In this document: positions 53,957 through 64,000 of the stretch, piece by piece | How the letters are laid out: each line of letters starts with the position of its first letter | How positions within the stretch are numbered: position 1 is the stretch's first letter | Origin: Octopus vulgaris | Lineage: Eukaryota | NCBI GenBank assembly: GCA_951406725.2 | Contig: OX597814.1 | Coordinates: forward strand, 24,738,001-24,802,000 | Length of the DNA: 64,000 nt | Direction: 5' to 3' | Program-made: the position numbers and the translations under genes | Notes under the pieces: model-generated | Database searches by the model: none | Told to the model about the DNA's origin: nothing | Seen by the model: only the letters and a program-made list of their open reading frames with translations

Positions 53957-56308
53957 GCTTGTGTACCTGTTTGTCTGCACCTTCTAAATTTAATAAAACT
54001 ATGCTGAGAAATAAGACTGCAATACATCATTCTGCTCAAGGAATAGAGAAGATAAGACAGATAAAATTCATATGTATCAACACTTGATGTGTGAGGAATG
54101 AGAGATAAATGAAAACAGTGTGTGAGAGAAGAAATATTGATCTTGTACAAGGTTGATGTAAACTGAGCCAACAAAATGTGTGTGACATTGAGAATCACCA
54201 ATTTTATAATTCATAGCAAACTCTTTCCATTTAAGAGACTTATGTATGTGAGAGAGTTCAAATGAAATTAAAGCTATGCTTAAAAATATATTAATACCAA
54301 TACTTTGGTCACATTAAACAATTCAACAACACCAATAATATCCATTTTAACCCTTTTGTCATCATATTTTTGTGGGAAAATATTTGTTTTGCTTCAAATA
54401 ATTAAGGAAATAAGAAAGAATTTAGTAAAATAACCCAGTCGTTATTTAGCTGGAACACATATCAACAAGAAATTTTAATGGAATATTTTAGTTTATACAT
54501 CACTATAAAATGAAAAGTTTGTATCATAGAGCCTGGGCAATCCCAGATGAGTTCTTTTCAAAAGAATTAGCCCTTTTCTCTTGTAAAACCTATTTGCAGT
54601 AACCTCTTTCACTAATCCCCTTGCTCTTATTTCTGCCTGTACTTTTTAAGTATTTCCCTCAGAATTTTTTTCTTCCTTGACTTACATACATTTTCATTAC
54701 TCCCACTGGCCAGTCATTTTCACTTTTTTTTTAGCACATGATCCAGCAAACTCATCCCATTTTTTTCACCATCTATCACTGGATCTTTTCCCCATCATTC
54801 TCAATAACTTTTTGTTTGGTTTTCACCTTTATGCACTTTACTTCTATACATTCCTTTCACCAACTCACCTTTTCCCCTCTATTCATCCATATACTAAGCT
54901 AGTAATATGTAGAGTAACGCCTATGGTAAACCGTTCTTAAAACAACAGACCAGCACATCCATCACAACCTAAATCATAGTAGACTTTGTACCAACTCTTG
55001 ATGAACTTCAACCATCACATGGGAAATTCATTAATGCTTCCATTCTTATCATTTGTCTTTACATTCTGAGTTCAAATCCTGCCGAGGTTGGTTTTTGCCT
55101 TTCATCTTTTCAGGGTCAATAAATTAAGTACCAGTTGTGTACTGGGGTCAATCTAATCAATTGGTCCCCTCCCGCCAAATTTCAGGCATTGTTCCTAATG
55201 TAGAAAAGATTATTGCTTCCATTCTTCATTTGTATCATTATGCATGCTCACTCATATTAGACTGTGCATCAGTACTGTATTCAACCATTCCTCCACTCTG
55301 AATTCTTTCAGTAAGCATGTCATGACTTCATATAGAATCCCATGAAAAACTTTCTATATATCTGCAAACCCCAAAAAGCAACTTCCTCACTTGTCCCGCT
55401 TTTTTCTCTACAGAATATAATGGAGATAATCTTACTCCCTCCAGAGAACTTGCAAGTGAATGACTTACAGAAACTCTTTGTTGTCCTCCATGTCATAGTT
55501 CTTTAATGTTTCATCTTTTTCTTTTCCATATCCATTGAACTATATTTTCTTTGAATTTTTAATGATTCTTTCTTCCTCAAGAAAAGGCTTAGTATTCACC
55601 ACCAGCTGACTATCCCATTTCCTAGTGAGAAAGAATGCTATCTGGTTTTCATATTCATCCGATAGATAGGTGGTCAGTTGGCAAACCAATTTTCCAAATT
55701 TAATCTTACAAATGATGAAGACATTTCCATTTCATCGCTCCAAAAGACTTGATATCTCTTCCTTTTTTAAAATTAAATCCATAGCACCCATGTACGGTGA
55801 ATTAAATATCATTGTGTTGCTGAAGATACCCAATAAAATGTCCAGCTGCAATAGCAATGTTGTCAACCTGAAATTAGGGTAGGAACAGCCTCTTTCATTA
55901 GAGCCTATTATAAGGCATATGTAGAGTTGTCCACTGATGATGTGTGACTAAAGTAAGCCTAATTTTGAATAGTAAAAGCAATTTCCTAAACTGAGCAGCC
56001 ACTGGAGACTTGTGCTGGAAACTGAAATGCAGCAGCGTATAATAAGAAAGCGATACTACAATACCCATTTGAAAGTAATTGTTATCCTTTATATGAAAGA
56101 ATCCAGGATTGATAAGGATAACTGGAAAGGTTCAGTCATAACAGCTTTCAATTTTTCCTTCCTTAGATATCTGAAGCTTCATTTTTATGTAAAAAGTAAA
56201 TATTATGATGTGATAATAAATTCAGGGTAAGCAATGTGAGTAACATGATTCAAATTTCTGATTAGAGTTGCTTCACATACATTTATAATGCCCTTAAATA
56301 AAAATAAA

Positions 56309-56555
56309 TGTCCCTTCTCGAGCCATGCCAGGCTTATAAGGGCTGGTCTCCTGGTTTCAGTGGCGTAGAAATTCCCCACCTGGATGGGACGCCAGTCCAT
56401 CGCAGGATTACTCATTTTTGCCAGCTGAGTGGACTGGAGCAACATGAAAATGAAGTGTTTTGCTCAAGAACACAACACATTGCCCAGTCCAGGAATCGAA
56501 ACCACAACCTTACGATCATGAGTTCAACACCCTAACCACTGAGCCATACACCCCT
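56309..56555 (-). mobile_element. tRNA-derived SINE family D
   Basis: tggctcagtggttag A-box, ggtttcgattcc B-box and gtgttcttgagcaaaacactt. A related element lies at about 57100-57425. Confidence 0.7.
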
Positions 56556-57826
56556 ACTATAATGCCCTTAGGTAAGATATATTCACAACACTACCCACCA
56601 TTCTTTTCAATTTTTCTATAATTCTAGAATATAAGTTTCTATGCCAAATATGACAGCATCATTAGAATTATTACTTTGATCAAATAACCTTTCCTATGTG
56701 TCATTGAAGCACATTGCAGAAAAAGTAAATACTATTATAATTATATTTCTTGTTGTAATTATTACCTTTCCTGCTACAGTTGTTGATGCTTTCATCAACA
56801 CTATGTCTATTGCTGTTGCTAAAATCAAATTTAAATGTAATAATTTTCTTATTAATGTATTTGCTAATGAGTTCCGTAAGAAACATCTAATAAACAAAGT
56901 TAATGAACTTTTATTGTAAATTAAATAATTCAGTTTCTGAGGAGAATGCCATTCACTCAATAATGGAAAAATTATTATAAATAATGATTTATATTTATAC
57001 TTATATAGATTTATTCGTTCCTGCCATATTTGTTATTCTGTAATTCTACTAAAGTGTGTTAAGAGCAGATCTATATAAACATATAATGGATGTTGAAATG
57101 ACTGACACTCCATCAGTTACAGTGATGAATGTTCTAGTTGATCCAATCAATGGGACAGCCTGCTCATGAAGTTAACGGGCAAGTGGCTGAACACTTTACA
57201 AACACACTTATCCTTAATGTAGTTAGTTCTCAGGGAGACTCGGCATGACACAGAATATGATAAGGCTGGCCCTTTGAATTACAGGTACAACTCATTTTTG
57301 TTAGCTTTGTGGACTGGAGCAATGTGAAATAATGTGTCTTGTTCAAGGGCACAATGTGTCACCAAGGATTGAACTCATAACTTTATCAACGTGAGCTAAA
57401 TGCTCTAATTACTAAGTGACATGCCTTCAAATTTCTCTTTTTCTTTTTTACTTGTTTCAGTCATTTGACTGCGGCCATGCTGGAGCACCGCCTTTAGTCG
57501 AGCAAATTGTCCCCAGGACTTATTCTTTGGAAGCCTAGTACTTATTCTATCGGTCTCTTTTGCTGAACTGCTAAGTTACAGGGATGTAAACACACCAGCA
57601 TCGGTTGTCAAGCGATGTTGGGGGGACAAACACAGACACACAAACATATACACACACACACATATATTCTTACATATACATATATACGACGGGCTTCTTT
57701 CAGTTTCCGTCTACCAAATCCACTCACAAGGCTTTGGTTTGCTCGAGGCTATAGTAGAAGATACTTGCCCAAGGTGCCACGCAGCGGGAATGAACCCAGA
57801 ACCATGTGGTTGGTAAGCAAGCTACT

Positions 57827-59950
57827 CTATTTCAATAAATTTGCCATGTAGGCATAATACAGAGGGGACAAACATGGACAGACAAACATAGAATGGTGAA
57901 GTAGCTTAAAGCGTTGTTATGAATCGATTAAAAATATGTGAAAGGTGAATAATTAAGGATAAAGTAGAATAAAATACATTGTGTTATGCAATGTGACACC
58001 AAAGAAAAGCCTTTGCTTTTCTTCCAGGGCTCCACTAACTTGGTGCCAATCACTCCCAGCTTTCTTACCACAGGCTTCCATCTCTTCTCAAATTTCTCAC
58101 GTGACAAGTACTGCTTCTCGAGCCTAATCTTGCTGCTGAGGTGGTAGCTAAAAAAGTTGACCAACCCCTGGCCGGATACAAAGGTACCCGTCACAATCCC
58201 TTTCACACATGTCTTCCATACCATTTCTTTTAAAATGGCTACCACACAGTAAAAACAGGCCTTCCTTTCCCCGCTAAGGGAAGAAAGTGGCACAATCTCA
58301 ATAATGGACTCAGCTGATAGCTGTACTCCTCCCATCGATGACAACAGTTGTTCTGTGAAAGCTATCAATCCCGATAATTTCGAACATCCCACAAATGCGT
58401 GCAAGATGGTTTCCCTGTCCTGCCCACACCTCGAACATGACAGCGAGACGGCACTTCCATGCCCTAACAGCTTATCACGAACCGGTAATGCTGCACAGAA
58501 GCACTGCCAAGACAGGGATTTCTGGTAATTATCCAGATACCTCAGCCCGAATGTTCTCCTGAACAGGTTGCTCAGCTGATTTTCATTGTAGCCCAGGGTC
58601 TCCCCCCAAGGCACCTTCAGACATGAATCCCAATAATCCGCTATAAAAATCCGCGGTGCAACTTCTGTTGCCAGCATTGCCCGCCCGAGAGAGTAGCTGA
58701 AGTGCCTGACGGCACCCTAAATTCCATTCTCCCAGTTTAGGTCTCTGCTTGATCCCTGTACCAATGTCCGTTAAGGACGTTAACCTCGGAAGGTAGGACC
58801 GGATGTGCGGTGACCAGACCTGTTCTCCATCCAGGTAAAGCCAGAGGTGCCTCAACCTTAACGCGAATTTTCACATCCTCAGCCAAGGTATCCCTAGCCC
58901 ACCCTTTAGTGGCTTCTGGCAGCAGACAGAGCACTTCACAAGAGGCTTTCCTCCTTTCCATAGAAAGCGGAAAATGATTCTCTCCAACTTGTTCAGCCAC
59001 AAATCAGGGCAAGGCACCATGGTCAGACAATAGGTGATAACAGATGCTATAAACATCTGCACCACCTCCGCCTTTCCTAGCAAGGATAATGCCCACCAAG
59101 ACCAGGTCTGGGTTAGAGCAGTCACCTTACTGGCTATCTCACTCCAATTTTTCTCTATCTGGAGGTCTGGTCCAAACCAAACACGAAGCAGTTTAACAGG
59201 ACCTTTCGTCCAACGCCCTACGACATTATTGGACATCATCGGCTTGCCTCTCCAGGTGCCGAGTTGCAAACCGACTGACTTGTCCTTGTTAACCTTTGCT
59301 CCTGCCACCACCTCGTAACTTTTGATGGCCTCTTCCACCACTGGAAGCTAGCTCTCATCCGCCACGATGATGGAAATGTCATCCGCATAGGCCATAGCTC
59401 CACCTCCGCACCACAGATCATTCGGTGCGCCTCCTAGTGCTTCCAACTTCCACAGCAGTGGCTCTAGAGTCAGTACATACAAAAGCGGAGACAGGGGGCA
59501 CCCCTGACGAACTGAGAGTTCGATCCTGAATGGTTTTGAGAAAAATCCATTTATTTTGACTGCAGACTCGATGTCGCTGTACAAAGCCGCAATCCAACCG
59601 TGGAAGGTCGGGCCTAGGCCAGCCTTTTCAAGGACTGCCGCCAAGTACCAGTGGTCGACCCTATCAAACGCTTTAGACTGGTCTAAATGTACCAGTGCCC
59701 CTCCTGTACCAAAAAGATTCCCTACCCTCTCTAAGGTGTAGCGTAGAAGATGGAGATTGTCTTGGATCAACCTGCCTGGGATGGCACAAGTTTGTGCCTT
59801 CCCTACAAGTTTGTCCATGACCCACGCCAACCTTTTTGCTAACACTTTGGCCAAAATCTTCAACTCTGTGTTTAGCAGAGTTATGGGCCGGAAGTTGCTA
59901 ATTTCGTCCCCCTTGCTCAGGTCCTTTCTGATCAGCGTCACCACCCCTCG
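57827..59950 (-). mobile_element. 5'-truncated L1/Tx1-like non-LTR retrotransposon (RT plus C-terminal zinc finger), disrupted
   Basis: NFRPITLLNTELKILAK, LDQSKAFDRVDH, SVRQGCPLSPLLY, AYADDI, KPLKGGLG and CSRCGQDRETILHAFVGC in successive frameshifted ORFs. Confidence 0.92.
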
Positions 59951-60194
59951 GCATGCAGACTTGGGAATTCAATACTTCAGCTTGTTTTAGAAATACACTA
60001 CTTCTTCAGGTTCTTATTTAAAACTAGATCATCTATGTAAAGAGACTGATAATCAAAGGGCATTCCCACCATCATCATCATTACATCAGTACAATTTTGA
60101 TTATAAAAGGATGTGGTGTGATGGAAATTTTATAGCTACTATCAGAAAGTTAAATAACCTCAGTGATTATATCTTTTTGGGTTGTTTTCATATA

Positions 60195-61656
60195 GCTATA
60201 CTGAGTGCAGATGGCAAGAACTTCCACATTATGAATCTTATCCTTACAAGCATTTCTTTTATTTTATTTATGACTAGTGAAAGTAGTGAGGTTTGGTGGC
60301 AGGAATGTTAAATGATGGTAATGATGGTAATGATGAGGATGAAACACTATATTTCAAATTCCTTATTCTCTGTTTTACACCTGAAGCTACATTTACAACG
60401 TATATGAGAATTACAATTAAAGATTACAATGCCTACCAAAGCCCTTGTACAGGCCTATAGTAAAACCTATGACATCAGGTGAGTGAGATATAATCATTAA
60501 AAACACAAGGTTAACCATTTAACTTTGAAATTAGGATGTTAACATTCTGAAAAATATCCAACTTAATAATAACTCACCTGGAACATAATCTTTTGTTTTG
60601 CTGTTTTGCCTATTATTAAGTGATTGATTGAAGGTGTCATATATAGTCAGTCAATGTCAACTTTTTTGATCTATTTGAAGTAGTTTGTACTTCAGCATAG
60701 AGTTTTGTCTAATGAGGCATTTAGCATTACACCTATGTTATATGTTTCTAAACATACTGTTAAGTTAGTAAATATCAGTTACACTTCAAATACAATCATA
60801 AATACCGCCATAGAAATGTTGATTTTAGTAGCTTCTGTTTACCTACTTTGGTAGATATGTATCAAATGAAACTATCATGTTATTAAATACTTATAATATA
60901 TATATATTACTTTGACTGAGCACAATGCATTTTGCTTTTATAAGAGTATATCTTGCTGACAATATATATGGTTTTAATGTATTGCTTTTTACTACATTAG
61001 CTCATGATTCATGGTTCTCCAACTGAGTAAGAAAACTCAGCATGTAATCCCTTATTGATTTCTGTAATTTTCATACCAATGATGGCATACCTTTGTAGAA
61101 TATGACTTGACACTTTTGGCTAATAATATATAATCAAACTACTTGACTTCAGGTTGACTTACATTTTCTCTTCAAAATTTCTATTTCCTACTGCACTAAA
61201 AACAGATTTCAGATTATGTTCCTATGAAAGTTTTCATACATTTATATATCACCAGTGATAACTTGGTATTCTTCCTCAGGATCTTTGTAGATCTTCACTT
61301 CTGTAGCAATAGCTTAGAAGAATACATGATAAAATTTACAGTAAAAAATGCGTTTGAGTGCACAGAAATGGTGCATTCACAAAGAAACAATTTAGGTTCA
61401 GTGAATTCTTGTAAAGTACTGAGTGTCAATGGCAAGAACTTCCACATTATGAACCTTATCTTTACAGACATTGTTTTTGTTATTTTTAAATCTATGACAA
61501 GTGAAACAGGTGATGTTTGGAGACAAAAGAATCCAGCCATAGAAAATTTTTCCTCAGCAAATTTTGTCTGATCCATGCAAATATGGAACTACAGATGTTA
61601 AATGATGATGAAACACTGTATTTCAAATTCTATCTTCTCTGTTTTACATATGATTT

Positions 61657-61701
<45 letters not shown>

Positions 61702-62095
61702 AAAAATGGTAAATAATTTTCCTGTGGTTTATCATGTAACCAACAATTATTTACCGGTAAATTTCGGTATGTAAATACGACAAATTAATTGTCAAGACCT
61801 TTGTAAGGTTCAGTATATAGTAAAGAAAAAATAAGAAGGTTAACAGCAGGCTGTTTCACCTCATACCAGAAATTGGAAAAACGGTCTTTGACTGCCATTT
61901 CTAATTCCTTCGGTATGAGGTGAAACAGCCTGCTGTTAACCTTCTTATTTTTTCTTTACTATATATATATATATATATATGAGAATTACAGTTAAAGAGT
62001 ACAATGCCTACCAAGCACTTGTATGGGCCTACAGCAAAACCTATGACATCTGGCAAGTGAAATATAATCATTAAAAGACCAGGTTAAGTATTTAA
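60195..62095 (+). repeat. Local direct duplication (60195-60525 vs 61415-62095)
   Basis: Shared blocks atggcaagaacttccacattatgaa, gatgaaacact.tatttcaaattc and gagaattaca.ttaaaga.tacaatgcctacc..aaaacctatgacatc. The second copy carries insertions. Confidence 0.85.
61697..61965 (-). mobile_element. Fold-back PLE 3' end with hammerhead 3' half
   Basis: Perfect arms 61814-61867 and 61912-61965 contain GAAACAG(cctg)CTGTT-aacc. One-sided tail of about 115 bp; (TA)n on both sides. Confidence 0.75.
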
Positions 62096-62599
62096 GGGCC
62101 AAAGTTAAAAGGTGTTTCTTCACAAAATTATTATCCGAGGATAGGCAGTGTTCTCACAACAATGCGAAAATTAGAGACAAGTTTCTGGCATATCTTACAT
62201 AACTCATTTACTAAGGAGTTGAAAAGCAGAACTTACATGGTTAATAATCTAGGGTGACATAGATAGGACATCCTCTAAATGGCAGTTTGTACTTTCAGAG
62301 GTAAAGGATGCATTCAGTGGGCTAAGTGGACTACATATAATATCAAATCAATTGATAGAATTTCATTATATCTTAGGTTGAGACTGTGTATCAAAGTTGC
62401 ATACTACAGGTGTGAGATTCGAAGGAAGTGAATATTTATAAATTCCTTAATACATATAATAACTGGTATTATGAATATTAGTAGAATTATTTTGTATAGA
62501 AAAGTAATTACTTCTGTAAACATAAAACATGAAACTAAGATAGAAACATGTTCCATATTTCATTCAGAGACCTTATTAAGTTGGATGATTTTCCACAAC

Positions 62600-63170
62600 T
62601 GTATGTTTTAGTGAAATTGTTGTATTTTTAGTACATCATACATGTCTTATCTCATACTGACCAAATGATGTTTTTCATGTGTTTGTTGCCACATGTATTG
62701 CTTTGAGATTATATTCCATGTTAAGTGATTATTATCTTAATATTATTAGTATTAAGTAATTTTTCAGTGTTCAAAATATCTGCTGGACCTTGACATTGGC
62801 ATATTTTGTTATTGGTACATAATTTTGAATATTTTCTTTGGATGTTCACATTGTTCTTTCAAGGTGTGAGTGTATTATTTCTGTATGTTCACAGATTTGC
62901 CCTGATACTTTTTACTAACTATATCACGTTAGATGATCACTTTGATTATGACATTTTTCTGTCACTGATTCTGGCTTAGTTCCTAATATGATTCTGTCTT
63001 GGATCATTTTATCAGGGTCATGACACTGATTTGTTATGAAATGTGATCGAGATTGCTGACCGATCCCATTATTCTTGAATTCGAATCTCCTCAACACATG
63101 ATTTCACTTTGGTTTGACATACGTTTTTAAATGATCAAAGTATATTTCGGGAGACTTTTACAACATAAGT
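62600..63170 (-). mobile_element. Decayed Gypsy-type gag remnant
   Basis: PEIYFDHLKTYVKPK*NHVLRRFEF..DPDKMIQDRIILG..LT* followed by zinc-knuckle remnant NTCGNKH..DKTC. Confidence 0.6.
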
Positions 63171-64000
63171 CTCATATAGCACTACACTTGAGTTATTTCT
63201 TTACTCTATAATTGGAACAGAGAAAAGTATAAATAACTAGGTCTAATGAAACATTGTATGGAAATTAAATTCATTGTAATGATTTTTGGTAGTGAAAGAA
63301 ACACAATCAGAAATCATTACAATGAAAGAAACACAAAGTTTAGAGAATACAGAGAAATAATTGCTTTGATCATTGGAAAATGAATTGTATTGAAAGTTGA
63401 AATATTACAGAACATTTAAGTAGATATAACTACTATAATAGCTAAAGAATCAGATCACCTAGATTGCACGTTTATGAATTCACCTGTTCTTTATTTTGTT
63501 TCTTTCTGCCGTTTCATTGTTTTCTTTTGTATTGAAAACATTTTTTTTTTTTTTTGCATTTTGTTTTTACATTGGTCTTTATTTTATTATACTTGTATTC
63601 TTATTTGCAATATCCGTTTAAATGTTATAGCTCTGCTGACATTTAATTCCGGTAATGCTGGCCATTATTGTGATGCCACTGGCTGCATTTCATAGTTAGG
63701 GCTATATCGTTCCCTTATTTATTTATTTATTTATTTTTGCTATTTAACTCAAAAGTCTGCCATGATCGAGCCAGACCTATGATCAAAGGCACTGCAGCCT
63801 AATAGCTGGCTTAATTGCAAGTATATTGTATTTTGAATAATACTATCCAATATACCATTTTCTGAAATAATAGGGTGTAATTTTCAAAAGATTTGGTGGC
63901 TATTTCTAGGGTGGTAGAAATGGGCAAAGTTAGACTATCAAGTGTTTTGTTACTTCAAATTCAATGCTTCCCTTTTCTGTAGGTTATGTTAGCTTTTAAA

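Overview
AT-rich, repeat-dominated eukaryotic DNA, most likely from an octopus or other coleoid cephalopod (inferred from the SINE families and the density of (TA)n/(CA)n/(TATC)n microsatellites). No intact host gene is recognisable, and almost all ORF-track entries are translated microsatellites. Recognisable content: three decayed Tc1/mariner transposons, two non-autonomous Helitrons, piggyBac-type MITEs, an L1/Tx1-like LINE, RTE-type LINE pieces, two Gypsy remnants and many tRNA-derived SINEs. The most striking signal is a dense set of short Penelope-like (PLE) 3'-end insertions from many different families. They mostly abut (TA)n tracts, often form long fold-back palindromes, and carry at least 14 minimal type-I hammerhead ribozyme motifs (stem I-CUGANGA-stem II-GAAA-palindromic stem III-NUH-stem I). 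One is a perfect 132-bp palindrome with a complete hammerhead on each strand. A local duplication near 60-62 kb preserves an empty and a filled site for one insertion. All calls were read by eye; no searches or folding programs were run.
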